Source of the DNA: Azolla caroliniana
Taxonomy: Eukaryota > Plantae > Polypodiophyta
Direction: 5' to 3'
DNA length: 64,000 bases
NCBI GenBank assembly: GCA_043228905.1
Contig: JBHGNT010000010.1
Location: 21,886,001-21,950,000, forward strand
The notes below the pieces were generated by a model that made no database searches, was not told where the DNA came from, and saw only the letters and a list, made by a program, of their open reading frames with translations. This document shows positions 24,561 to 39,949 of this stretch, in pieces. The translations under genes were made by a program, and so were the position numbers. The number at the start of each line of letters is the position of its first letter. Position 1 is the first letter of the stretch.

Positions 24561-27383
24561 AAAAGACTTTGATAAAATATTTCTGTAGTTAGAAAAAGAC
24601 ACTATGTATATAAAGTAATCTCAATCACTACCGAGGATATAGTGCCGCACTACTCTAGGTACTCCGGGTGATGTCGAATTGAAGAAATCAGATCCAACTA
24701 CTCATTGTTACCTGCAAGAACACTATGTTAGAGTTGTGGTATTATGTTTTGTGTTATTACAGTATTACCTTGGCTGCAAAGCGTAAGCTACATTCAGGAG
24801 CGCACCTTATCATCCTTGTAGTAGCATGAGATCACTACATTGCCATAATTCTTGGGATGTTTTTTTGTATTATTCACTGCTCCCAATAGCAAACATACAC
24901 ATAATGTGACTTGTAGACTGATTTTAGCCCTTTTAATAGATGGCTTTTCTTGGCTTACTCTCCAATGTGTCAACTCTATTCTCTCAGCGACAATATGCAC
25001 TCTCAAACACTCACTTATTACCTTTGTATGCACAACATAAAATTGTTTTATAGGTCTAGACCTTGGGACACGTCACATGATGATAAAATCTCTCAAAAAA
25101 AGGAAAGTTTCGAAAAACTTAAATTTGTTTGGAAATTGTAAATCTTTGAAAGTATGAAACTTTTTTAGTACATCAAATGGTTTAAAGTGGGTGAGTTTAT
25201 TATGACCCCACTACCCTCTCCTTCGTCCTCGTCTTAGAGACAAAGTAATAATGAAGTTGAAATGTAACTTTTCCGTAGTTTGTGGTGGGCCTCAATTTAT
25301 TACAAACACCCTTTGCCTATCACAACTCAACCTTTTGGAGGTTCAAAGTTTTTCTAATGTACAAAATGTCTACTAAAAGCCACCAATTTGTCACATTGGA
25401 GTGTGTGTCATACAAAGATTGACAACAACTTGGGCTTGTCCTAATCCTTGAAGCCTTTGTGTATCTCTTAGTGCGTATTTAAAGGGACACATGCACTCAC
25501 TATTTCACCCATCTATTTCTTACTGTCAAGCTATCCTGATTTCCAAAAGTAAGAACATGCCGCATGATCTAGAACTAAAATGATAGCTTCCTAAACCTAC
25601 ATATATCCTTATGGATCTTATGAGATGGTGAATGACATATAGACAAAAACTATGGTGTCATATTCTATAACAAATTGATGAAATGCAAATGGGGAATAGA
25701 AATAGTACATTGTTAGTCTAACTTGAATGAAAATAACATTGTCACTTTGAAAAAACATGGAGTTGTTAGCATTTCAAAGTACAAGTTGGGCACATAATCA
25801 ATGGAAATGCATTTGAGTTGTAAATCCTTGATTAAAACATTTCTCGATAACCTTCTCCATATACAACATTTTATTTGAATGGATATGGAGAATGTTAATG
25901 GATGGTTTGAAGATGGGTTCAATGTACATTGAGGGCGTAAATATGTCTTTATAAAGCTATGGATAATCAGGTATGTTTGATGTGTATGCATGTTTTCAAT
26001 TCGTTGTATCTATTTCCTGCCGCTACAATTGCACCATAATAATTCTAAAAATCGTTTCAGTTATTTTACTTCATGAAAATATTGCCATTGTGAAATATTT
26101 TAAGAGATGCAATAACGTCATGATCTAGAAAACAAGTTTTTTGTTTAAAACCAACCTTCCCTACTATTCCCGTGATAACCACATTTACAAATTGTTTCAA
26201 TGCCATCTTCTTTCATATGTATAATACAAACTACTTTAACCTAATTGATCTCTAACACAATGATTGAGTTGGCCAGGCTATTATTGTTTAAAATCAAATT
26301 AAATGATGATTACCTAAGATAACCATGTTCATGAGCAAACAAACTCAATTTATCATGTTCTCATGTATATATTGTGTGCATAATATCTCTATAAGTACGT
26401 TATCATGTATATATTGTGTAACTAATATCTCTATAAGACATGTCACAAACTTGTTGCCCATACTATATGTATAGGTACTCTTTCACCTGGCTAACTATAT
26501 ATTCCTATGCTCCCCTACTTGGCCCATTGTGATCAGCTACCTCACACAATCTAATAGCTTGTTTTAACCTTACTTTGATATTTGCAATCCTTACATTACC
26601 ATGACTTACACATTACTCATCACAACCTAATGGACAATTTGCTATCTTGCCTCTGATATTTTTTTTATCTTCAACTTACCATGGCTAAAACATGATAACT
26701 ATATGTTGTTTCCTACCTTGCACCAAAATGTTTAATCCTTACCTTACCATGACTAACACAACCTAATAGCCAATTTGCTATCTTCCCTTGACATTCACAT
26801 AACATTCTTAAAAATCCTAAGTTAAGCCACCATAAACTAACATGCTGCACACTACATGTCCGACTATATCTGAAGATGATCATAGGTTCAGTTTTATTCC
26901 CACAAGTATAAGATTTATCAGTCTTTTTCCATACACATAATTTCAAGGACAGTCCTCTTAGCAATCCTTTCAGATTTATTATTAGAAATACAGAGTAATT
27001 CTCTAATCAGGAAACTGACTTCCTATTTAATACAATGCTATTTCCAAATAATCGCATAAAAAATCTCCGCATCCTCAAGTGTAATCATCTCCCACTTGTG
27101 GATTCCATAACATACATAAGCTAGGGTAGAGGGAAGAGAATACAATGAAGTGTGGGTAATTATAACTAGTATGTGCACAATCTCTCATGACAGCCTTTAC
27201 AACTTGTGATAAAAAATGAATTATATTTGTTCAACTTTCATGTGATCCCATCCAAATTGAGACTTACGGACACTGCAAACAAAAACCAAAGGATCAAGTT
27301 ATTCGATTTTAAGTTTGGACATGTCTTGAGAGAGAAATGATCACTTCATTGTGACACTTAAGGAGAAGATTCTCTTATACATG

Positions 27384-27387
<4 letters not shown>

Positions 27388-27456
<69 letters not shown>
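27388..27456. repeat. (TA)n(GA)n microsatellite just 3' of the NPH3-family stop codon
   Basis: Directly visible. Confidence 0.95.
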
Positions 27457-27459
<3 letters not shown>

Positions 27460-27464
27460 CCTTT

Positions 27465-30400
27465 TTAGCATCTTACACAGCTTTTTAGATTTGCATTATG
27501 ATTTATGTAACCTCTTCCCATCCATATTCTCGATAGGAATTTTTTACTTTTCGATGATGAAGTACTTCTTGCGCTATCTTGGTCCACAACACTATGTTCC
27601 TTCTCTACTTCAGAAAGTTTCAATTTCATGCTTGCCAGGTCTCTTTGCAATGCTTCAAAATTTTGCTGCACTTCTTCCCACTTATCATCGATCCCACCTG
27701 ATGTGCCCTCATGTGAATCTGAGGTCTCAGGTTGTGCAGACATTAGCGCTTTCACACTACTAGGTAGGTCATTCAGGCTTGCCCCTCCATTCACTGTATT
27801 CCTCACTTGCTCAAAGAAGAGCACTTGTACGACAGTTCTTAGTGGTAAACGTTCATTCTGAGCTGCATGCATGCATGCATCCATTGACAACTTTTTGCAA
27901 TCCAGAAGTCTACACAACCTTTTCCTTTCACTTTTTGATATTCCAGGATGTTTCTGTTTACAGCATTCCCCATATTTTTGTCAGATCAAACTGGGTATAA
28001 TTTAATAAGAAAAAGGTGAAAGCATTATTTCCAAGCGATAAAATTTGTAAACAAATCATTAAATGGGTTTGTTTAGATAATTGATTATGCCAACATAGAT
28101 AAGGGTATTGTAAGAGAGCTTTCACTCCAAACTGCACATGCCACTCTACCATTCCTCCACACAAAAGACTACATAGAACTCAACAGAAAGTAACCTGATG
28201 TCCATCCACACCACATGCACAAGCCGTTATATAAGGTGGGAAACAATAGAATACCCTCCCTCATTGGGTATTTATAAAATAACCTCAAGTTTTCAGAAGT
28301 ACCAGAATATGACTAGGTTATATAAGTTGGGGAAACTGCACATGAGGTTATATAAATAGGGGAAACTCTTCGGATATTTATCAGAATAACCTCTAGTTTT
28401 CTGAAAGTACCACAATAACCCTAGGTTATCAAAACTATTTATATAACAGAGGGGCATTCCAGTAATTCTTGAAAACTTCAGGGTAATTTTTTTTCTCTAA
28501 AACAGTTTCACATACCTTCAGGTAGACATCGACTGCTCTGTAGATGCCATCATGCATTGGTCGCGCAAAGCTCGGAATAGACTTGGCTAATGAGATGAAC
28601 TTTGAGATATCAAGACAAGGATCCACTGCTATTTCAGCAAGATAGCTATCAATAAGCTTTGCAACTCGAAGCTTCGAGCTATGAGTCGTCGAGGCTGATC
28701 TACGACTTTCAATCATATTTATATTCTCAGCTGATTTTGTCCGCCTCTTCTTTGGTTTTGCACTTTCATGAACAGGACTAGCCCCAGGGCTTTGATCTTG
28801 CATCGCAAATTCTTCTACTATAGACTGCACTAGATCCACATCGTATAGCGATGGGGAGGGGTCTGAAAAGCAAGGAATAAGAAGGTCGGCTACTGATGCT
28901 TCCTCGAGCTGCAACCCTACCCTCCTTATTATCTCATTCGTAGATTGGCTTGATACACCAAGAAAGCTAGCTATTTTTAACATTGTTAGCAAAAATTTAC
29001 ATGACATGCATCCTTTCTCTCCAGGAAGTAGGCAGATGATCCTCTCTACAAGTTGATGCTCTCTTGAAAAAGACCCATTGTAGCTTTTGTTTTCCTTCAC
29101 TATCTCCTCGAAATGATGTTCATCAGCAAGAAACGGTAACCATTTTAGCGAATAAAACTCGATGGCTTCTCCTATAAGCGTAGGTGACATTCTATCAGAT
29201 GCCTTGATAGCGAGTATAACATCAGAATACATGTCAATCTCAAGCTCAGCTATGTCTTCAATCCACCAATGAGCATCAACATGGGGGGTTGGCTTACCAT
29301 TGTTCCAAGGTGGGCTATGTGTGGAAATCTCGGAGTAATTATGCTCTCTTACACTTCTTCCTATCCCCCTTGTTTGAGTGAAAGACCAATCCACTTTTGA
29401 AGGATTGACAAGTGCTTTGGACGCAATGGAGTTTATACATCTGCTTACCACTTGAAGCTCTTCAGCCCAAGGAGCAAGTGATCTTGCACTCTTTAAAGCA
29501 ATGATAGAGTCTTTCCAACCATGAAATATATATGAGTTTAAGAAGGATTCTACCTTTGAGATAAGGTTTCCTTTCTCGGATACCTCATTCATCTCAAGAT
29601 ACTCAGCACCGGATCGAACCGCCACGACATTGTATGCATTCACAGTTATTTTGACTCCATAGCAAAACTTTATACATATCTCAAAGGTCTCGACACCTCC
29701 AGGGAAATCATCTATATGCACCTTGCATGTGTTCTCAACCTGCGCTTTCGAAGCCATCTTTTGTAGTTTTGCACTCTTAGACAGAAGAGGGAACTGAATT
29801 GACATTAAAAGGAGCTATGTTAGTGCCCAACAGTACATAGGAATGCACATTGCCATCTACATATACATGAAAAGTGGTTGTCTTCACATCTTCGCATGAA
29901 CCAAATGATGCAGGAGAACTACTATCGGACAAAAATATGACAAGATCTTGGTCTCATTGCATCATTCCCGCCCATTGATGTGTCTATATGTGTAGACGTA
30001 GAGAAAGGACTGAAATTCTCTAGGAAATTAGGCTACATATATATGTGCGTGTATGTGCCATACTCTATGCCTATATACATACATGTATATACTCTGTATC
30101 ATGTTTCACTGAGGATTTCGGATTCTATAGGGCATACAACTGCTTACTTTCCCATCAATTTGGATTCATCATAATCATCCTCATAACTATCTAAAGAACA
30201 AAATAAAAATGGGTTTTCCTACATCACATGAACTATGCAGAGGAAAGATCATGAAGTATATACCTTATGAAGGTGGAATGCAACACCATGTACAACCACG
30301 ATGAAGTCACTTGGAATTTCTGAAGAAACAGACCTGAAAACAAAACAAACCTCAACAACAAAAGAAAACCGTTGCAAGGATCGCTTCATTATTCTGAATT

Positions 30401-30512
30401 TAAGAAGGACGAAAATATATAAAATTTTAAAAAACAGGGGAGGAACAAGGCACCTTATGTTACCCGACGCTTGAAAGATGTCTGGTTTTGAGCCTAATTT
30501 CATGAACTTCAT
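27465..30512 (-). CDS. BTB/POZ-NPH3 domain protein (NRL family; NPY/At1g67900-like), 4 exons, 631 aa
   Basis: Exons 30512-30454, 30333-30264, 29793-28516, 27953-27465 (1896 nt). Motifs: [118 protein letters not shown]. Confidence 0.95.
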
Positions 30513-31214
30513 CTCTCACAGAAGTTTACGAGACCACCAGTATTATTAGGAGTACCAAGTGGGTTTGAAACTAGAGGATGGTTGCTATAGAAGAAGAAAC
30601 ATAAGAAAAATGGAAGAAGAAAAACACGCAAACTGGAGGGACATGGAGAATGGATTGATGATAGGAGGGCGTACTGTTAGGAAACAGAGAGAGTAATTTC
30701 CACCAAAAAGAAGAAGAAGAATGAGGCAAGCTATGGATTGAAGAAGAAGAAGAAGAAGAAGAAGAAGTCTGCTTCTGAGGGGGAGGGAGGGGTATTAGCA
30801 TAATTAACAAAAAAGAGGCCCTTTTTGTTGTTAGTTGTCAGGAAATTTAGAGAGAGGTCTAGAGAGAGATCCTCTCTGTTTCTTTCTTTCCTTCTTTTTT
30901 GCTTCTAAAAGTTTGTCATGCAGACAGATTAATTAGAGTCTATTTTGTTATTTATTGAACTATGAATCAATGAAAAGAGCAATAGATGAAGAAGAAATAA
31001 ATAAAGTAGAATATCTAGACTATTATATATTAAATATGAATTAAAATAATCAAATAAGGAAGCAGAAGCAGAAATAAATATATTGAATATGTATTTTTTA
31101 TATTCCATTCTATAAAAATAACAATTATAATAAAAGGTAGGATCAAGGAGACAAAAAACGAGTCTAGAAAGAGAGAGAGAAGAAAGTGGTGTTGATTAAG
31201 AGGAGAAGGAACAG

Positions 31215-31775
31215 AAGGGAGAGAGAGAGAGAGAGACATAATTCAAGTTCGTGCTCGCGTTCGCATTCGTGTTTGTGTCCGCATTCGCATTCGCATTCGC
31301 ATTTTTGCATTTGTGTTCGTGTTCTTGTCCGTGTCCGCGTTCGTGTTCGTGTTTGCTTTCACAGAAAAACCTTCTCCCTTGAGTGTTGGTGGAAACTCTC
31401 GTACTCCTTCCAAGACACCTGTTGGGATTTCCTTGGCTCTGATATGTCTGTCCACATTTTATCCTCACAATGTGATCGGAATTCTCGTGAGGACATATAT
31501 GTATATTTACAGAGTCGGGCTCCAAAGTAAGCCTTTAGCAAGTGAAAAAATAAACCTAAAACGTTGGCTAACCATGAACATCACCTCTTGTTCTTCATGT
31601 CAATGTCAATGTCAATGTCCACGTCTCCATCTATGTGTAAGTCTATGTGTATGTCTATGCCTATGTTGTCCATGTCTATGTCTGTGTTCGTGTCTGTGTT
31701 CGTGCTTGTGTTTGTGTTTGTATTTGTGTCTATGTCTATGTCTATGCTTGCGCTTGCCTTTGTTTGTCTTGTCTA
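31215..31775. repeat. Mixed low-complexity tracts upstream of the NPH3 gene: (GA)n, (TTCGCA)n, (GTGTTC)n, (TGTCAA)n, (TGTCTA)n
   Basis: Hexamer-periodic runs at 31255-31355 and 31597-31770. Confidence 0.8.
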
Positions 31776-33949
31776 ATTAAAAGACAAAGGAAACAAACAG
31801 GGGGAAGGAGTATGAGAACCAGTGAGAACTTAGAAGACATCGAATTGCTTGTAAAGAAAAGACCCATGGTCCCCTCTATTTCTCTAGTGTGCTCTTACAC
31901 ACACATATAGACACCCTCCCTTTCTAGTAGGTACTCTATGCTCTCAACACACACTGACATTCATACCCATCAACATCCTTTTTCTTTTCCCAAAAAGCAA
32001 TTTCTTCTAATAATTTCCTTTGGCCACGTTTCTATACCTCCATTTCAACCCAATAATGTTGTCAAGTGTCTACCATCCCCCTTGTACCTAGAGTTGTGGA
32101 AAAGGGTGGTAACACATCGGTTTGTGTCCAATATGTAAATAATTAGTGCCGATTCTTGATGGTTAACGCAATACCCGATAAAAATGTTCTTATGCATTCC
32201 TATTTGTTCATGGAAAATGTTCCCTCATTCACTAAGATGTTGCTTAAAATATAATTTACAAGTAATTAGTGTTGTTGATTGGTTGTTATTATATGCTTGA
32301 TTAACTTTAGTATGCATTTCATTGTTAGTCACGCTTTGTTAGAAGCTTTATTAACACAAATTTAGGATGCAAACTACTTTATGTTTTTGAACTTCTTTTG
32401 ATATTGCGACTATTTGAAAATTTTGAATATATATATATATATATACATAGAAAAAAATCTAAATGAATTTTTATTGTTGAGTGGCCATGTGTGTAACCCA
32501 TGCTGCCACCATGTTTAATAGTTAGGCGTTGTGTGCCCATGTGTAATAGCCCATTTGGGCCTCTGTGTAAGTGGAGCATCCCCTCACCAAAAAGGTAGAA
32601 GAGGTTCCCCTACCTTCTTGCTTCTTCTCTATATCTCGTACATAATTCTTTCAAAATTCCTATAACCTCTAACCCTTTACATGGAGAGAACAAAAAACAT
32701 TGCTCCAATCTATCTAAAGTGTCTCTATCAATACAAATACGCCAAACTCCGACAACAACAATATCATTTTCTACTAAATGTCTATAGATGTTTCATATTT
32801 TATCACACCTAATTTTGTATTATTTCATGCATGAAAAGGAACTCGACAAGGGACATTTTCCCAACCGTTGTTCCAATCTATATAGCTTGTTCATGTTATG
32901 GATCCCCACCACTTTTTTCCATTCCACATTTTCATACCATTAAATAATGTTGTCTACGCCCTCGATTACCTTTGCATAATCATCCCTCCCCCTTGTCATT
33001 CGCTTTGTTGTCATCTCTTCAGAGAACCATAGTTTGGTCCTCTACATAGGCTTGTTTCCATCCCATAGGTCCTAATCGTGCTCCTCGAGACATTACAAAT
33101 CTATCTAATATCTCTCAATTACAAGAAATAGCTGAGCATCAACCTTCATGGTTATTCTTGATTGGCATCTCTTTCCTGCCAATATATTACATGTTCTCAC
33201 ATATGGTTCATGCCATTTGAGAATTGGCACATGTTCTCACATATATTTCATGCCCTTTGCAACTCACAAGATATTTGTCAGTTATCATAGGAGGGTAATA
33301 TTATTCTGGTGAAAAAGAATTATACCATATGGATAATATGGTGTTTGATAACACTCACTCAAATGGAATTTGTGAAAGTTATGATGTACCTTCAATCATA
33401 AAATTATGCAATGGTTGTCAAAGTGGACCTCAAGGAACATAAACTTCGGGAAGATTGGGTTACCTAAACATATATACACATTCAAAATTTGACTCCAAAT
33501 TTTGCTTTATATAATAGCATTTACTCGATAAATGGATAAATATTATTGAGATATGATTTGAGGGCCGATCATGGAAGGTCTTTAATGCTTTTAGAATGGG
33601 CAAAGGAAAGAAAAACCTTTATTGCCATAACATGGATGATAATATGCAATTGGGCATCAATCGTAGATCACACGCCATTCTACTCTTTCTTATTGGTCTC
33701 AAAACCCATTTGTAATTGTCATAGATACAAGCATTATTTTTATTCGGGTATTGTTTGAATCATTAACAATTTCCAACACACCATAAGATTGGTTATTTGT
33801 AATAGTCATACTACATTTCAAATCCTACAAATATCTAAATGCCATTTCCTCACCGGAAAAGTGTTTTAAACTCCATAACCGTTAATGGGGCAATGTCTAA
33901 TATTTTTGGTTCAAAATCTTTGGTAGAATGCCCTTTGTGAATCCATTAT

Positions 33950-34028
33950 GGAAATTAAAGTTCTCACAATCGAAAATTGGAAATTAAACCTCTCATAGTC
34001 GAAAATTGGAAATTAAAGCTCTCACAAG
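33950..34028. repeat. 29-bp tandem repeat, ~2.7 copies
   Basis: GGAAATTAAA..TCTCA.A..CGAAAATT repeated. Confidence 0.8.
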
Positions 34029-35679
34029 GAAAGGTCATGTTTCTTGGACTATAACACGTCTTTCAACTTTGGAAGTCCCAATTTATTGGTAAATGTTACA
34101 CAAATGTGAAAAATGTTTGGAAAATTGCCCTTACATCCAGTTTGTTAAAACATTTGATGAAAGAATATCCTATAAACGAGAATGTTTGTGATATAGTTAT
34201 GCAGTCATATTTGCTAAAGGAAAAGGTCCTTTGGAATGCCCGCCAACTTGGAAGATTTTTATCAATATGCTAAAGCATCACCACATGAGACAAATTTGTA
34301 AATTCTCATTATACCTAAGATTCTTTACTATATTATTTGCATGGTGAAAACATGAATAAGAAAAAGGGTCTAAATGCAACAAGTTGTTGTCAAACATGGG
34401 ATCAAATAAGTATGAAAAGCTCTTAGATTATTCATAGTTCTTAACCAAGCTCTAGCCTATACACACACGTGAGGTTGCTACATGTTGAAGTTGATATCCA
34501 TGAAATAGAACACATAATAATGTTCATGCGTCATAAGGTCACATGGGTAACAATTGTTATGTGATATTTGAATGAGCTTTGATACATTGAAGTGTAACTT
34601 TTTTTCAATGAGGTACTCATTGCCATAGGTTTTGTGACATGAAGGTTTAATTAATGACAAAACAAATGACTTACAGACCATCTAGGTATATTGCATTTAT
34701 TGGCTTGAATTAGTTAAAAGTTAAAAACATATGGTATATACATGAACACATACACAATGCCACATAGTCCATGTTCACTACTACTTCCTCTAAATGAGAC
34801 ATGCTTTGATGTTATAGGATGCTACAAGAATGCACAATAGAATATATCTAACTAGCTAGTTGGGTTTACACAACGTTGATATTATGTAAGTTTAATATGA
34901 AGATTTAGTAGAGCAATTGTGCTTTTATTGTGCCCATTATCCATAGGAAGTAACAATAATATAATGTATAGCCATATATTATCCATAAAAAGTGATCCAA
35001 TGAAGCAAGGAAATGTTATGAACAAGTAGTAATGCAAATCACATTAGTTTGATCCAATATCAACTCAATCTTGAAAAATTGGATAACAATAATAATTCTT
35101 GTTGTTGTTAATACCATTCCTTGATTTGGCATCATCATGCGGATATTCTCAAACTTTCTTTTCACATCATGCCTTTCTTTTTTATATTGTCATTGTTACA
35201 ATTGACAGGGGTATGATTGTTAAATAAAGAATAGGGTTAAATTATAATAGCATTAGGGCTATTAATCAAATTATTGGATATATTCAATCCAATCCATTGT
35301 ACATATATGTAACTAGCATATTTGGGTACATAAATGATGCATGATCAAGGTGTATATATTCAAGATCTACAAGGTGGTGCACATTATATATACATGATAA
35401 TAACAAACACATATATCCATTTGCAAAACTATATATATAGACTAGCTCAATAATTTGATGTTATATTTGATGATTTGAGTTAGTTTAGTATAGGAGCACC
35501 TTTATGATAAATCATCACCAAGAGGTTTCCAATATCGGTGGAAACTATTGGAGCTCAAATGAATCTACATACACATTCATGCTTGTGGATGAATTTCCAT
35601 TGATATCTATATATCTGTATGTATGCATGTACATATGCACATATGTATGTATTTGTGTATGAATCAACATAAATGTATG

Positions 35680-35795
35680 TATGCTCATATGAATCTAGGC
35701 ATGTATTGTATGTACATACCATATGTGTCTTTGTATGTATGCTCGTATGAATCTAGGCATGTATTGTATGTACATACCATATGTGTCTTTGTATG
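35680..35795. repeat. 57-bp near-perfect tandem duplication
   Basis: TATGCTC.TATGAATCTAGGCATGTATTGTATGTACATACCATATGTGTCTTTGTATG occurs twice. Confidence 0.88.
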
Positions 35796-38700
35796 CCATA
35801 CACTCATGCATGGACCATGTATATAGTTTTTTTTATACATATTATATCAAAGGAATTATATTTTACTATGTACTTTCCCTAACAATCCATTCGAATTCCC
35901 AATTTGACTTGAGAATTGGGATATTTGATGGCCAATGCTCGAAAAACATTAGTGAGCCATATTTGACATGTATTTCCATCGAACAAATTTGACTACACTA
36001 TCCAACAACATAATGCATCCAAATCCTCACTTTGACTCCTCATCTTTGATTTATACTCATCGGTGCCATCAACATCAATTTGTATGAGCTAAATTATTGA
36101 GCACCTTGCTAAGTGCTAAGGCATGGATCCTCATGCCTTTCCCTATTTGAAAGTACTACATTAAAATCTCACTTCCTACAAATATATTTCGCATGTTTAA
36201 TCTTGTCTCCTCCTACCCATCCTTGTGGAACCACAAAGTCGTCATTTATTCGATACTTCATTGATATTATTGTATATGCGTTATGCTTATGTGTGATCCA
36301 AGTATGGATTCTTCTTTATACAACCACATAGATATATATTTATGTATGGAATCCAATCTAATTTGAAATGATTGTTTTTGAATATGTGACCATTGATCAA
36401 GTTTAGTCGTAATTAATCACAGTATGACACCCACGTGTACAAGGATCAGAATAAAACGAAACATTGCGGTTGTAGTCATGACAGACACTGAATCATTAAA
36501 GGTATGCGATGAACATTATGGCAAAGGCACATGTTGAGTTGAGTTGAAAGAATGGATATATGGGCCTACAACACCATGTTTTTCCACTAGTAGTAAGATG
36601 TTACTAGGTATTCTTTATAAAGGGCATTATGTTGAGTTGAACTATTCTGATGCTATGCTAGAGATAAAAAAAAAGCTTAACATAGCTAATAGTAATCAAC
36701 AGTTCACATAGCTCTGACCTAAGAATGCAAGAATAATCATGATTTGTTTTGGGCAATATGAATTAGTGGTTAGAAACCTCAATATAAGGTAAAACCCCAC
36801 CAAAATAAAATATATACAAAAATTCAATCTTCAAAAGAACCCAAAGAAAAGTTGAAAGATCTACATACGTATTTCTACAAATTGGGGAAAATAATAAAAA
36901 GACCGTCTCCAAGAGAACTTGAAGAGATGAAAGTCACAAATAGGCGGTTGACCAAATATGACACAATTTCAAATAATTGAAAATGACCAAATTTTGATCT
37001 AGTGGAAAAGTTGACATCACAATGTGAATGATTGGAAAGTACCAAAAAACTAGAACGATTTTCCAAATTGTAAGTCTGAAAACCTATGTTGAAGATTTCC
37101 TTTTAGTTGATGGAAAAAAATTCTAGTTGGACATATCCATAACATGTGATCCATTGTTTGTGATCCTTTGTGACACCTCACACAAAGAGAATTGGAGTAT
37201 TCTCCTCGTCTCTAGGGAAGATCTTATTCTAAGTATAGCCAATAAGTATCTCAAAAAGAGCAACATTTGTTAAGTAGTGTGGTGTGACAAAATCACATAT
37301 ATGTATGGAAGTGAATGTTTTCGACCAAGAGAAATGGGGTGCAAGATTCCCATAGAGAGGTTTTGCTTGTCGTTAGGTTTGATGCCAAGTATTTGGTTTC
37401 CTAAGCAAGGGAAACACAAGTGAAGAATACATTTAACAAGACAATCTATGAAAATTTGCAATTATAAACTCACGTTACGTTACAAGTATTTAATGTTATT
37501 GAAAGAGCATCATATAAGAAAAAAGAGTTTAAACAAACTCATGGTAATTACAAAGTTTTGAACTTCACAAAAAAAGAGTTTTAATAGAGTTCTATAACTA
37601 TAGACCTAGTGATTGCAAGGATTAACATGACAAGAATAAGGTTTAATAAAATATGATGCCTCAATATAGATTTCGCAATCATAGGGTTGAGACGAGGACA
37701 AAGTAAAGCAAAGCTTAACAACGTATAAGTACCAACAAGAATGGGAAGGTGCTTGATCAAGAGTTAAAAAAAGACAAGCTCATGCCATAGTTTAAATTTT
37801 ATAATTTGAAGGTTGAGATAAGGAGATAGAAAAGCAAAGTTTAACAAATTGTATCTACAAGAATGGGAAGATGCCCGATCAAGATGAGAGAAAAATGGGG
37901 TTAGCATGTGCTCTAAAAAGCCCTCAATCTCTAACCATGAAGATGAAGAGAGAATTAAGAAGGAATTTGACATCTAGATGATTAAGTGAGGGAAAGGGTG
38001 TATGTTTCATAAATCCCTCACTAATTGTAGGGAATTAGTCAACCTTCCATCCTTAATTCTAATTAATTCTCGTAATTAGACTATGGAAGCCTCTAATCTC
38101 CTTTATAGGTTTGTAAGATGATACCCTCCTAAAAGCAAATTTGATCCCATGCCTCTTTTATAGCTGAACAAAGGCTTGTTGATGTCATTGCTTCTCTTCC
38201 CCTTTTTTTGCCAAATACTCCTCATATACACTTTTTACTCGACAATAGACTATGCATGCCACTATTATATGCACCCAAGTGCCAAACATAACATAACACC
38301 ATCTCAACCAAACTTCACATCCTTCAATATAAGTATGCCAAGATATAGAATAGAATCTAGAGTCTAGACTATGTTCTTCTCTAGTATTCATCTTCTTTAA
38401 TCCTAGAATGCACTTCATCCTCCTCTAATAGATTTGTCCCTAGGTACTCTTCATGTTGCCTCTTGAAAACCTTAACCCTTTTTCCTACAATTGGCACATT
38501 AAGTTGTTTTTTTGTCTAAATTGGCCAAATGGTATGTGGCATTGGCATTAACCTTCTATCCCAAGCATTAAACCAAACTAACATTTCAAAAACTTCCACA
38601 TGGCATTATATGGTTGTCTAACTATTTTTATAGACTAGCATGGAATTACCCTCTTTTATCTTCTTGTTTCAATATGGATCGTATGAATTCATACATGTTT

Positions 38701-39949
38701 GTAATCATGCTTTGCCTCATATGATGATTTTGGCCTCTCTTAGACGTTATCATATCTTTCTTTCTTTCTCTTAAAGAACATGATTGTAATGAAGATGCAA
38801 AAGTTAAAAAGAAAAGAAGAAGAAAACCAAGACATGACGTGTCATCAGGTTTGTCCCCTCAACCTTAGCACAAGTCTTTATATATTAGTCTTTAGACCCC
38901 ATGCACAAGGTCTTAGTAGGCACACCCACTCCCTTTGCCCCTAGAACCATAGTGTTGTGTGTCCAAACTCCATACCATGCCTAGAAACATAACAAAATGA
39001 TTCCATAACACTAATATGGTCATGACATATCCAACATGTATATCGTAAACTTCAAATAACTTGGATAATGACAACTCAATCCTATTTAACATGGAAATGT
39101 TGGTTGAACCCCAATCTAGGCATAGGTTGGTTGTTTAGAGTTAATCATGAGCTTAGTTAGGGAAAACCAAACTTATGTTAAATTTAAGTTGGCATCTATA
39201 AGCCAATTTGGATCCCTTAAGCAACAAGTTGTCCAAGTCTCTTCAATTTGCACTTGTCCATGTTGCGATCAAAGTGGCATGTTCCAAAATTTTGAAACTC
39301 ATTTAGGTAATCTCAAAGTAAAAGAGTGTAGTAGTTTCAACATTGGACATCAATACTCACAATGTTTTTTCATGAGTTGTATTTTATAAATGATAATATT
39401 TGGGCTTCCTAAAGCTTTGTATAATGCTCATAATTGGTAGTGATCAAAGGTGAAGCGTATATTTATTTCTAGTTCCATCATTTGCACATATAAAGATAAG
39501 TATAAGATTAAGGTTACAAGTGAAGAATGCAATCATATCAAGAAGGATGAACATCCATCTTTTGTAGAAATTTGAGATTTCGGCTGGACTATCCCCCCCC
39601 CACCTTAAAGTCCCAATCAAGGTAAATGTTTTTACCGAGATCAAGCGGTAAGTTCTCAATTTTATGCTAATGAATGTCCAGTTAAAATGGGTACTTAGAT
39701 TTTTGGTATTGCTTGTAAAAACTTTGCTGAATAATAATTGCCTCATAATGTGGTGGCTGGTTTTGATGTGCTGGCTGAATTTTGTGGGCAATAAGACTGT
39801 ATCAATAAGCATGACACCTACTCAACTAATAGCTAAACCTTTTGGCAATGTGCATAGCTGGATTTCACTTTAACTTTGAAGATGCTGTAAACAAGCAACC
39901 TGTTCTCCTTAATGAGAGAAGAAAGAAGATGTGGTCCCATAGATGCATA

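Noticed and set aside
31313-31780. Cys-rich, metallothionein-like ORF
   Set aside because: The CLCLC pattern is the translation of (TGTCTA/TGTGTT)n low-complexity DNA.
32000-39400. Possible old DNA-transposon or Gypsy remnants
   Set aside because: AT-rich with no motif, terminal repeat or frame I can support by eye. A RepeatMasker/HMM search is needed.
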